This document shows, piece by piece, positions 19,919 to 29,879 of a DNA stretch of 40,209 bases. The position numbers were made by a program, and so were the translations under genes. The stretch is from Bacteroidota bacterium (GTDB lineage Bacteria; Bacteroidota; Bacteroidia; Cytophagales; Spirosomataceae), in assembly GCA_041180785.1 (NCBI GenBank), contig JBEGQV010000087.1:1-40209 (forward strand), written 5' to 3'. Every line of letters begins with the position of its first letter. Within the stretch, counting starts at the first letter, position 1. A model generated the notes under the pieces. It saw only the letters and a program-made list of their open reading frames with translations, was not told where the DNA came from and made no database searches.

Positions 19919-19923
19919 AATTC

Positions 19924-20697
19924 ATGAGAATCGTTGTACTAACCCAAGATGATCCTTTTTTCTTGCCTAAAGCAATGCCAGCACTTTATGCCGGTTTGCC
20001 CGAGGGTGCGGAATGGGTAGCAACTGTCTTGTTTGAAGTTTCCCCTTTTGGGAAAAGAGAAACCTTTTGGGACAAAACAAAAAAAACCTTTGAGGTCTTT
20101 GGTTGGGAATTTTTTCTGTATTATACCATCAAATTTATCCTTGCCAAATTAACCCCCGGTAATAATCTGACCCACTTTCATCAACAACATCAGATTCCTT
20201 TAATTCAACTAGAAGGTTCTATCAATTCGAAAAAAAATTTAGCCATTTTAGCTGCTTATAAGCCTGATTTATTTGTGTCTATTGGCGGAAATCAAATTTT
20301 TAAATCTGATTTAATTCATTTGCCAAGTAAGGGAACGATTAATTTACATACAGCTTTATTGCCTAAATATAGGGGACTGATGCCCAGTTTTTGGGTCCTA
20401 AAAAACAGAGAAAAGGAAACGGGCGTATCCGTGTTTTTTGTGGATGAGGGAATTGATTCTGGACCCATTATTGAACAAGAGCGACTTGAAATTGGTGATA
20501 TGTCCCAAGAGGCATTGATTCAGAAAACCAAAAAAATTGGTATCGAATTAATTTTGAAGGCCATTAAAAAAATTAAGGAAGATAACGTAGTTTTGATTCC
20601 AAATCCAGCGGAAGAAATGACCTATTTTTCATTTCCAACCAAGAAGGATGTGCATGAATTTAAAAAGAATGGGGCAAAATTTTTTAATTGGTTATAA
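19924..20697 (+). CDS. Formyltransferase family protein (likely sugar N-formyltransferase)
   Basis: INLHTALLPKYRG, ETGVS, DEGIDSGPI. Confidence 0.88.
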   Translation: MRIVVLTQDDPFFLPKAMPALYAGLPEGAEWVATVLFEVSPFGKRETFWDKTKKTFEVFGWEFFLYYTIKFILAKLTPGNNLTHFHQQHQIPLIQLEGSINSKKNLAILAAYKPDLFVSIGGNQIFKSDLIHLPSKGTINLHTALLPKYRGLMPSFWVLKNREKETGVSVFFVDEGIDSGPIIEQERLEIGDMSQEALIQKTKKIGIELILKAIKKIKEDNVVLIPNPAEEMTYFSFPTKKDVHEFKKNGAKFFNWL

Positions 20698-21552
20698 ATG
20701 CATATTCTAACGTTTGATATTGAGGAATGGTTTCACATTTTGGATCACACAGATACCAAATCGGAAGCGGAATGGAAAAAATTTCCAAGTCGAATTCATG
20801 CGAATTGTGACCGAATTTTAGAGCTTTTAGATCGAAAGCAAGTGAAGGCCACTTTTTTCTGCTTGGGTTGGGTGGCTGAAAAATATCCGGAGGTCATTCG
20901 GAAAATTGATGCGGCTGGGTATGAAATTGGAACCCATTCACATTTACATCAATTGGCCTATGAGCAGAAACCTGCTGCCTTTAAAAATGATTTGGTGCAA
21001 TCCATCCAAACCTTGGAAGATGTTACAGGTAAGAAAGTTCGGTGCTATCGCGCTCCAGGATTTTCCTTAATGAAAGAAAATAAATGGGTTTTTGAGGCTT
21101 TAATGGAACATGGGATTGAAGTGGATTGTTCGGTTTTTCCTGCCAAGCGGGCGCATGGTGGTTTTGAGGATTTCCCGACAGCACAACCCACTTGGGTGGA
21201 GATGAATGGCGCCCGATTAAAAGAGTTTCCAATCAACTTGGCGCAGGTCTTTGGGAAATCGTTGGTGTTTTCTGGGGGAGGATATTTCCGCTTGTTACCC
21301 TTGCCCGTCTTGAAGCATTTTTGGTCGAATAGTGCCTATGTGATGACTTATTTTCATCCTCGCGATTTTGATGCAGATCAGCCCATGGTTCCTGGATTAA
21401 GTAAAGTCCGACAGTTTAAGTCATATTATGGCTTGTCTGGTGCCTTGCAAAAATTAGAAGCCATTATTGATCATTTTCCGATGATGGATTTGGAGCAAGC
21501 AATTCATCTCGTGAATTGGTCAAAAGCTCCGGTATACGATGTGAACAAATAA
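20698..21552 (+). CDS. Polysaccharide deacetylase family protein (DUF3473-type)
   Basis: [46 protein letters not shown]. Confidence 0.9.
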   Translation: MHILTFDIEEWFHILDHTDTKSEAEWKKFPSRIHANCDRILELLDRKQVKATFFCLGWVAEKYPEVIRKIDAAGYEIGTHSHLHQLAYEQKPAAFKNDLVQSIQTLEDVTGKKVRCYRAPGFSLMKENKWVFEALMEHGIEVDCSVFPAKRAHGGFEDFPTAQPTWVEMNGARLKEFPINLAQVFGKSLVFSGGGYFRLLPLPVLKHFWSNSAYVMTYFHPRDFDADQPMVPGLSKVRQFKSYYGLSGALQKLEAIIDHFPMMDLEQAIHLVNWSKAPVYDVNK

Positions 21553-21591
21553 AAAAAGCCATCCGTCGTCAGACGAATGGCTTCATTTTTT
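21551..21591 (-). terminator. Intrinsic terminator of rpsJ (possibly bidirectional)
   Basis: Minus strand AAGCCATTCGTC-TGAC-GACGGATGGCTT plus T run. Confidence 0.8.
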
Positions 21592-21604
21592 GAAGAAACA
21601 AAGA

Positions 21605-21910
21605 CTAGACTTTGATTTCAACATCAACGCCTGAAGGTAATTCTAACTTCATTAAGGCATCTACCGTTTTAGCAGACGAAGAGAAGATGTCAATTAAACG
21701 CTTGTACGTACATAATTGAAACTGCTCACGTGCTTTTTTGTTCACGTGTGGTGAACGCAAAACAGTAAATTTCTCGATTTTAGTTGGAAGAGGGATCGGT
21801 CCAGAAACCAATGCGTCTGTAGCCTTCACGGCTTTCACAATCTTTTCAGCTGATTTGTCAACCAATGTGTGGTCGAACGACTTCAACTTAATGCGAATTT
21901 TTTGATTCAT
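21605..21910 (-). CDS. rpsJ: 30S ribosomal protein S10
   Basis: [43 protein letters not shown]. Start corrected to 21910. Confidence 0.98.
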   Translation of the reverse strand: MNQKIRIKLKSFDHTLVDKSAEKIVKAVKATDALVSGPIPLPTKIEKFTVLRSPHVNKKAREQFQLCTYKRLIDIFSSSAKTVDALMKLELPSGVDVEIKV

Positions 21911-21978
21911 AAAATTTGGTTCATTTGGTTGATGACTGCTGAAAGAACCATTTACTCCATCAGCCATATACTTGATTA

Positions 21979-22009
21979 CAAAGGTAATAGGTTTTTTAGG
22001 GAATTGCAA
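21979..22009 (-). promoter_or_regulatory. rpsJ promoter (-33 TTG / -7 TACCTTTG)
   Basis: TTG at 22007-22009, 20-nt spacer, TACCTTTG at 21979-21986. Confidence 0.75.
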
Positions 22010-22014
22010 GTGGG

Positions 22015-24192
22015 TTAAAATTTCTGTTTAGTCAACACCTCTTGCAACTTCTTGTCAAATCTTCCCTTTTCTTGAACATACAATGCCAGGTCTAGCTTTT
22101 TAAGCGACTCCATCGCTTCTTTTGCATAGGTTATTTCTGATAACTCCAGCGCTTGCATAGCATAAATTGGATAATATGCTGCGATATTTTCATTGTAACG
22201 CAAGGCAGCAAGGGTATATTGGTAGGCTTGCAGTTGTTGGTGGTGAGTATTCAGTATAGGAATCGCTTTTTGCAAGACTTTGATGGTAAAGGGGTGGGCT
22301 GCTAATGCTTGTTGGGCAGTTGCCAGATTGTTGATCGTAAGATGCGACTCACTGTTGAGAGTGGCTTCTTTCCAAAATCCTAAGATGTTTTGAAGTCCTT
22401 GGGTTTTAGCTGTCGTATCTTGCGCTACAATTAGCGATAATTGATCTAATCCTAGCAAAGGTTTTTCATGGTAATAATTTTGCCAGGCCTCTAATAATTT
22501 CAATTCCGGAAAAGTGTTGTATAGTGCTTCATTTTTTTGAATGTTCGAAAAGTTATATACAGGCATCTGTTTCTTTAAAAGCAATGCTGCGTTGTACAAA
22601 TAAGCAAAATGTTGCACATTGTGTTGCATTTGAAAACCTGGATCGAATGTATAATGAGATGATTTTTGCTGCAACAAATATAATGCCAATCGGTTGGCCT
22701 GAACGCCCAAATCATCCTCAAATCCTTCTGGTACATCGACTTTGGATTGGGTGATATTGGCTTGTGCATACAAGCTATTGGCAAAAAGACTTGCATTTTT
22801 TGGATCTAGATTGGCAGCCATTTGATAATATTTCAAGGCATCTTGTGGCTGATTTAGTTTTTCAAACTGAATGGCCACGGACGTGGCCAATTCGGCGGAT
22901 TCCGGAAATTTTTCGAATCCTTCTTGAAACGTAAACAATGCCTGAAAAGCGTGGTCGTTGTTTTTGTAAATATTTCCTAAACTAATATAGGTAAAGGGAT
23001 GAGGCCTTTTTGTTAAGGTGTAATTTAGGTATTGCGCCTTTTCTTCGTCTGAAGCGCTACTTTTGGATAATTCGAAATTGCTTTTCAGGTTTAGTCGACT
23101 GTTGGATTGCGCCATTTGATAGGAAATTTTCGATAATTCAGGTTTACCTGAAAGTTGTTCGATATCGCCAATCTGGTTGTAATATCCCGCTAAAAAGACA
23201 TGAAATAAGCTTGCATTTTTAGCAAAAGTCCACGCTAAGCCAATAATGAGAACTCCTACTTGGTACAAATATATGTTGATTCGATGGGCCTTGAAGATGA
23301 CGGTATGCAAGGCTAAATTTTGGGTAAAAATCTCTTTGAAATTAGAATAAATAAACGCCGGGAATAAAAAAGCCATGATGAAGGTGCAATGAAAGTTCCA
23401 TTCAAAGGCAAATCGGATGGCAGCATCATTTTGATGCAATAAAAACCACAAAAGTCCGGGTACTGCCAGCAAATAGACACCTGTGTAGAACCATTTCTGG
23501 TGAGTCAAAATGGGATTACTTACGATTTGAAACCAAAAAATGGCCCATTGCAAACACAAATATGTGACCATCATTTCGGGCCGACTCGAATTCCCAAAGT
23601 TTTGAATGTATAAGCCAAACAATAGATCGATGATAAAAAATGCATATAAGATGCTATAATTTCTTTTGGTCTTTCTAAATTCTTGCTTTTTGCCAAATTG
23701 CAAAATCAGATGCGGAATGGCTTGAGAAGAAAGGATCGATAAAGAAACGAAAGACGAGAGGCTAGAGACGAGGGATAGGTTGCCAAATGTATGAATGAGT
23801 TCGTTTTTATGAAAAGGGAAAAGTTTATACAGCATGATGAGCAGCCAAATGCCCAGTCCGAGTACAAATTGTTTTGTTGGAATTTTAGACCATTTTTTCA
23901 ATTCAAACAAAAAAATACTTAAGCTAATGAAGGCGATGATGGTAATCAAATACGTGTATATAGGATTTAACTCCGTAAAAAATGGAACAAACGACTGTCG
24001 AATCAAATAAATAGGCATTTCCAATTGTAATCCATGGTGGTGGTCTACTTTGGCCAAAGTAGGGATTAATTCACTTGCCGTTCGTACTTCAATACCAAAG
24101 AAATCGATCCAAGGCAATGCCATAACGGGCAAAAGACAAAGCAAGGCCCCTAAGAGAAAGAAAAAGATTGAAAGTCTTGATTTATTGTTCAT
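22015..24192 (-). CDS. Polytopic membrane protein with C-terminal tetratricopeptide repeats
   Basis: About 10 hydrophobic segments, then TPR-like helices ([23 protein letters not shown]). Confidence 0.8.
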   Translation of the reverse strand: MNNKSRLSIFFFLLGALLCLLPVMALPWIDFFGIEVRTASELIPTLAKVDHHHGLQLEMPIYLIRQSFVPFFTELNPIYTYLITIIAFISLSIFLFELKKWSKIPTKQFVLGLGIWLLIMLYKLFPFHKNELIHTFGNLSLVSSLSSFVSLSILSSQAIPHLILQFGKKQEFRKTKRNYSILYAFFIIDLLFGLYIQNFGNSSRPEMMVTYLCLQWAIFWFQIVSNPILTHQKWFYTGVYLLAVPGLLWFLLHQNDAAIRFAFEWNFHCTFIMAFLFPAFIYSNFKEIFTQNLALHTVIFKAHRINIYLYQVGVLIIGLAWTFAKNASLFHVFLAGYYNQIGDIEQLSGKPELSKISYQMAQSNSRLNLKSNFELSKSSASDEEKAQYLNYTLTKRPHPFTYISLGNIYKNNDHAFQALFTFQEGFEKFPESAELATSVAIQFEKLNQPQDALKYYQMAANLDPKNASLFANSLYAQANITQSKVDVPEGFEDDLGVQANRLALYLLQQKSSHYTFDPGFQMQHNVQHFAYLYNAALLLKKQMPVYNFSNIQKNEALYNTFPELKLLEAWQNYYHEKPLLGLDQLSLIVAQDTTAKTQGLQNILGFWKEATLNSESHLTINNLATAQQALAAHPFTIKVLQKAIPILNTHHQQLQAYQYTLAALRYNENIAAYYPIYAMQALELSEITYAKEAMESLKKLDLALYVQEKGRFDKKLQEVLTKQKF

Positions 24193-24310
24193 TAGTTGTT
24201 GTTCTTACGAATAACGAAATATTTATCTTCGAATTTCGCTTAAACTTTAATTCATTCAAATAATTTGGCACAATTTGGCAAAAAATAACAAAAAAATACA
24301 AAATCTTATT

Positions 24311-24366
24311 TTGCATTTTGGCTTTAACCCACTAATTTTGCGTTCCGAATGCTCGTCGTATTCGGA
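24311..24366 (+). promoter_or_regulatory. atpD promoter and 5' hairpin
   Basis: TTG at 24311, TAATTTTG at 24333-24340, hairpin TCCGAATGC-TCGTC-GTATTCGGA at the predicted 5' end. Confidence 0.6.
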
Positions 24367-24385
24367 CGAATTATTTTAATCATAG

Positions 24386-25930
<1,545 letters not shown>

Positions 25931-25938
25931 GAATTGAT

Positions 25939-26169
25939 ATGTTTGTAGAAATAATAACCCCAGATCGTAAAGTGTATTCCGGAGAAGCCTCCGTGGTTAC
26001 TTTACCGGGTGTGAATGGTTCTTTTCAAGTATTAAATGATCACGCTGCCTTGGTAAGCACGTTGGCTTCAGGCGAATTATCGGCTGACAAAGAAGTTTTC
26101 CAAATTGAAGGTGGAGTCGTAGAAGTACTCAACAACCGCGTGTTAATTTTAGCTGAAGGAGTTAATTAA
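25939..26169 (+). CDS. atpC: ATP synthase epsilon subunit (N-terminal domain only)
   Basis: EIITPD, LPGVNGSFQVLNDHA, GGVVEV. Confidence 0.95.
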   Translation: MFVEIITPDRKVYSGEASVVTLPGVNGSFQVLNDHAALVSTLASGELSADKEVFQIEGGVVEVLNNRVLILAEGVN

Positions 26170-26211
26170 TTGAAATAAGGGGTCTTTTAGGCCTTTTAGA
26201 TAATTTATAGG

Positions 26212-26247
26212 AAATAGGATGCAACAATTTGCATCCTATTTTTTTTT
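26212..26247 (+). terminator. Intrinsic terminator after atpC
   Basis: AAATAGGATGCAA-CAAT-TTGCATCCTATTT plus T run. Confidence 0.88.
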
Positions 26248-26265
26248 GTTTCAAATTTACAAAAT

Positions 26266-26279
26266 GTATGCAAGCATAC
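26266..26279. promoter_or_regulatory. Palindromic candidate MarR operator
   Basis: GTATGC-AA-GCATAC, 22 nt upstream of the MarR start. Confidence 0.55.
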
Positions 26280-26301
26280 TATTTAGTTAAACCCATCGTT
26301 T

Positions 26302-26766
26302 ATGAAAGCAGAAAGCACCGTTGATTTTCAAATTAAAACCAGTTGGTATGCCATTTCAAGAATGTATAATACCTATGCAGCGCATTTTGACATGACCATG
26401 GCCATTGGTTTTGTGTTGTTACATATTGACAAAGAAGGTACGCCAGCGACTAAAATTGCGCCGGCCTTGGGTTTAGAAGTGAGAAGTTTGACAAGGATGC
26501 TAAAAAGTTTGGAAGATAAAAAGTGGATTCGTCGAGAAGCAAATTATGAAGACAAACGTATCGTAAAAATATTTTTAACGGAAAAAGGAAAAGAAAAAAG
26601 AGACCAAGCCAGGCAAGGGGTGATTTTGTTCAACGAATTGATTCGACAACGTGTTCCTCAAGAAAAATTGGATACTTTTTTTGAAGTGATTCAATCGGTG
26701 AATCAAATATTAGAAGAAGACTCAAAATTAATGATAGAAGGAATTCAAAAACAACTAAAAAAATAA
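26302..26766 (+). CDS. MarR family transcriptional regulator
   Basis: wHTH: SLTRMLKSLEDKKWIRR..DKR..IFLTEKG. Confidence 0.93.
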   Translation: MKAESTVDFQIKTSWYAISRMYNTYAAHFDMTMAIGFVLLHIDKEGTPATKIAPALGLEVRSLTRMLKSLEDKKWIRREANYEDKRIVKIFLTEKGKEKRDQARQGVILFNELIRQRVPQEKLDTFFEVIQSVNQILEEDSKLMIEGIQKQLKK

Positions 26767-26767
26767 C

Positions 26768-28558
26768 ATGGAAACCACAGGTGCATTTAAGGGAGGAGAG
26801 TTTTTAATACGACCACTACAGACAACTGAATTGTTTATTCCGGAAGATTTTACGGAAGAACAAAAATTGATTGAGCAGACATGTAAAGACTTTGTTCGCA
26901 CAGAGGTGCTTCCGCATTTGGAAGAAATGGATCAGGCCAAAGATGTTTCTTTTATGGTGGGTTTGCTGGATAAGGCAGGTGAGTTGGGCTTACTTGGTAC
27001 ATCTGTTCCTGAAGAATTTGGCGGCTTTGGTATGGATTTCAATACCTCTATGTTGGTTGCGGAGGCTTGTGGTTCCGGACACTCCTTTGCCGTAGCGCTA
27101 TCTGCTCATACAGGAATAGGTACACTTCCAATTGTCTATTACGGAACTGAGGAACAAAAGCGCAGGTATTTACCCAAATTAGCTAGTGGTGAATGGAAGG
27201 CAGCGTATTGCTTAACAGAACCCGATTCAGGTTCAGATGCTAATGCAGCCAAAACAAAGGCTAAATTGAATGCGGCTGGAACACATTATTTGTTAACGGG
27301 TCAGAAAATGTGGATTACCAACGGAGGTTTTGCAGATGTTTTTATTGTATTTGCTAAGATAGAGGATGACAAACATTTAACGGCTTTTATTGTTGAAAAG
27401 GCATTTGGCGGGATAACGATGAACGAGGAAGAGCGAAAGATGGGAATTAAGGGTAGTTCAACGCGTCAAATTTTCTTCAATGATTGTGCTGTTCCTGTGG
27501 AGAATTTGCTTTTTAAGCGCGAAGGTGGATTTAAGATTGCCGTTAATATTTTAAATATTGGTCGGATTAAATTAGCCGCTGCGGTGATTGGTGCTGGAAA
27601 AGGCGTAATTGATCGTTCGGTTCAATATGCCAATGATCGTAAGCAATTTGGAAAATCAATTCATTCTTTTGGGGCAATTAAGCATAAATTAGCTGAAATG
27701 ACTGTTCGAAATTTTGCTTCAGAATCGGCATGTTACCGGGCTGGTCAAAATATTGATGATGCTATTAAAAGTTTAAAAGCAGGAGGGATGAGTGATGCAG
27801 AAGCAAAGCTTAAGGGGGTAGAGCAATTTGCAATTGAATGTGCAATCATGAAAGTGCATGGGTCGGAAGTTTTGGATTTTTTAGTGGATGAAGGAGTACA
27901 AATCTTTGGAGGGATGGGTTTTTCAGCGGAGGCGCCAATGGATAGGGCCTATCGTGATTCCCGGATAAATCGAATCTTTGAAGGTACGAATGAAATTAAT
28001 CGATTGTTGGCCGTTGGTACTTTATTGAAGCGAGCAATGAAAGGAGAATTGGATATTATGAGTCCAGCTTTGGCAGTTGGTAAAGAAATTTTGGGTGTCC
28101 CAAATTTTTCTATTCAAGTACCCGAAGGTTTTTTTGGGAAAGAGCGAATGGTATTGGAAAATTTAAAAAAGGCGACCTTATTAGCATCTGGTGCTGCTTT
28201 ACAAAAATTTACGACTGAAATAGAAGAGCAACAAGAAATTTTAATGCAGGTTGCAGACATGATGATGGAGATTTATGTGGCTGAATCTGTTTTGGTTCGT
28301 GTAGAAAAATTGATGGAAAGAGACGGCGAGGAAAAGCATGCCATTGCAAAAGATTGTGCATTGGTGTATTTACACGAAGCGGTGGACAAGGTGGCGCATG
28401 CTGGAAAGGAAATTATTCAAGGATTTGCAAAAGGGGATGAGCTAAATGTGTTGCTTTTGGGTTTAAAACGGTTTACAAAAATAGATCCAATGAACCTGAT
28501 TGAGGCCAGAAGACGTATTGCGGAGGCAACAATTGAAAAAAATATGTATTTATTTTAA
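26768..28558 (+). CDS. Acyl-CoA dehydrogenase (long, FadE-type)
   Basis: YCLTEPDSGSD, KMWITNG, RKQFGK, QIFGGMG, RIFEGTNEINR. Confidence 0.95.
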   Translation: METTGAFKGGEFLIRPLQTTELFIPEDFTEEQKLIEQTCKDFVRTEVLPHLEEMDQAKDVSFMVGLLDKAGELGLLGTSVPEEFGGFGMDFNTSMLVAEACGSGHSFAVALSAHTGIGTLPIVYYGTEEQKRRYLPKLASGEWKAAYCLTEPDSGSDANAAKTKAKLNAAGTHYLLTGQKMWITNGGFADVFIVFAKIEDDKHLTAFIVEKAFGGITMNEEERKMGIKGSSTRQIFFNDCAVPVENLLFKREGGFKIAVNILNIGRIKLAAAVIGAGKGVIDRSVQYANDRKQFGKSIHSFGAIKHKLAEMTVRNFASESACYRAGQNIDDAIKSLKAGGMSDAEAKLKGVEQFAIECAIMKVHGSEVLDFLVDEGVQIFGGMGFSAEAPMDRAYRDSRINRIFEGTNEINRLLAVGTLLKRAMKGELDIMSPALAVGKEILGVPNFSIQVPEGFFGKERMVLENLKKATLLASGAALQKFTTEIEEQQEILMQVADMMMEIYVAESVLVRVEKLMERDGEEKHAIAKDCALVYLHEAVDKVAHAGKEIIQGFAKGDELNVLLLGLKRFTKIDPMNLIEARRRIAEATIEKNMYLF

Positions 28559-28599
28559 TTTTTTTTCGAATTAAGGATAAAAATTAATTTTTAGATTTA

Positions 28600-28607
28600 T
28601 ACTTTTG
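28600..28607 (+). promoter_or_regulatory. -7 promoter element for the OmpA/MotB gene
   Basis: TACTTTTG. Confidence 0.6.
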
Positions 28608-28660
28608 CAAGTATTATTGTAAGTCATGTATTTACTCCAACAAAAGATTAATTAAATATT

Positions 28661-29560
28661 ATGAAAAAACTACTTTTAGTATTAGCGCTCGTTCCATTTT
28701 TCTTTTCTTGCGCAAGTAAAAAGAAGATTGCTGATTTGCAATCACAACTAACCGAGTTACAAGCAAAGAGTGATCAATCATTAGGAAAAGCGAAAGCTGA
28801 TTTAGCGGATTGTCAATCTTTAACTGCTAGTTTACAAGGTGAAATCAAAAAGCGTGACGCTGATTTAGAGGCTAAAAATGGTCAATTAAAGTCTTTACAA
28901 GAGCAATTAGATTATTTAAAGAGAACCAATACGAACTTGTTAGATCGTTTGTCTGATTTATCAGTTATCAACAAATCAGGTGCTGAAAGTATTCGTAAGT
29001 CGTTAGATGCTTTAAATGAGCAAGGGAAATACATTAAGGATTTGAATTCTTCTATTCAACGTAAAGATTCAGTTAATTTATCATTGGTGATGAATTTGAA
29101 GCGTTCATTGGCTGATGTAAATGATGACGATGTTACGATAGAAGTGAAGAAAGGGGTAGTTTACATCTCTATTTCTGATAAATTAATGTTTGCTTCTGGT
29201 TCTGCTGTAGTTTCAAACAAAGCTGAAGCGGTGTTAGCAAAAGTTGCTAAAGTGATTAACGATCACAAAGATTTAGATATCTTGGTAGAAGGACATACGG
29301 ATAGCGTACCGATTTCTACAGATTGTATCAAAGATAACTGGGATTTAAGTGCTAAGCGTGCAACTTCAGTAGTTCGTTTGTTACAAACTAAATTTGATGT
29401 TGATCCTGAGCGTATGACTGCTGGTGGTCGTGGTGAATTTGAGCCTCAGGCAAATAATAGCAGCCGTGCGGGTCGTAAAAACAACCGTAGAACTGAAATC
29501 ATTGTTACTCCTAAATTGGATCAATTCTTTAACTTGTTAGCTCCTCCATCTGGGAAATAA
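28661..29560 (+). CDS. OmpA/MotB family peptidoglycan-binding lipoprotein with coiled coil
   Basis: Lipobox FFSC, coiled coil, VEGHTD, NWDLSAKRA, NRRTEI. Confidence 0.92.
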   Translation: MKKLLLVLALVPFFFSCASKKKIADLQSQLTELQAKSDQSLGKAKADLADCQSLTASLQGEIKKRDADLEAKNGQLKSLQEQLDYLKRTNTNLLDRLSDLSVINKSGAESIRKSLDALNEQGKYIKDLNSSIQRKDSVNLSLVMNLKRSLADVNDDDVTIEVKKGVVYISISDKLMFASGSAVVSNKAEAVLAKVAKVINDHKDLDILVEGHTDSVPISTDCIKDNWDLSAKRATSVVRLLQTKFDVDPERMTAGGRGEFEPQANNSSRAGRKNNRRTEIIVTPKLDQFFNLLAPPSGK

Positions 29561-29597
29561 GTAATAAGTAATAAGTAATAAGTAAGAAGTAAGAAGG
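29556..29597 (+). repeat. Heptamer tandem repeat (AATAAGT)4-AAGAAGT-AAGAAGG
   Basis: Six 7-nt units from the stop codon to the terminator. Confidence 0.9.
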
Positions 29598-29622
29598 GGT
29601 AGATTTAGGTCTACCCTTTTTT
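29594..29622 (+). terminator. Intrinsic terminator after the OmpA/MotB gene
   Basis: GGGTAGAT-TTAG-GTCTACCC followed by T6. Confidence 0.8.
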
Positions 29623-29878
29623 ATTTGAGTTGGTCCTGAAATTGACTTAAGAGGATGTTGAACTTTTTGCCAGCTCGATTCGCACCTCTTTCAAAAATGA
29701 TGGGTAAAATGTTTTCTAATTCTTGGGAATCATAGGGCTTTTTGAAGGCTATTTTTTTTACCTGAAGGTCTCCACTCCATTCGGTTGTAATTTGATATTC
29801 TTCATCTTCATACTTATCGATGATTGTTGTTTTCAATTGCTGAATATAGGCAATCATTTTTTTTGCGTTCGCATCCAT
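29621..29878 (-). CDS. Small hypothetical cytoplasmic protein (85 aa)
   Basis: ATG 1 nt after the upstream stop; helix-beta-hairpin-helix pattern faintly like YbaB/EbfC. Confidence 0.65.
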   Translation of the reverse strand: MDANAKKMIAYIQQLKTTIIDKYEDEEYQITTEWSGDLQVKKIAFKKPYDSQELENILPIIFERGANRAGKKFNILLSQFQDQLK

Positions 29879-29879
29879 G

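Noticed and set aside
21911-22009. 33-aa N-terminal extension of S10
   Set aside because: It spans the promoter and leader; the true start is 21910.
24262-24280. Direct repeat AATTTGGCA x2 upstream of atpD
   Set aside because: Two short copies in AT-rich DNA; insufficient evidence of function.
28661-29560. MotB similarity suggesting flagella
   Set aside because: It is a lipoprotein with only the OmpA-like peptidoglycan-binding domain; no motA or flagellar genes are present.
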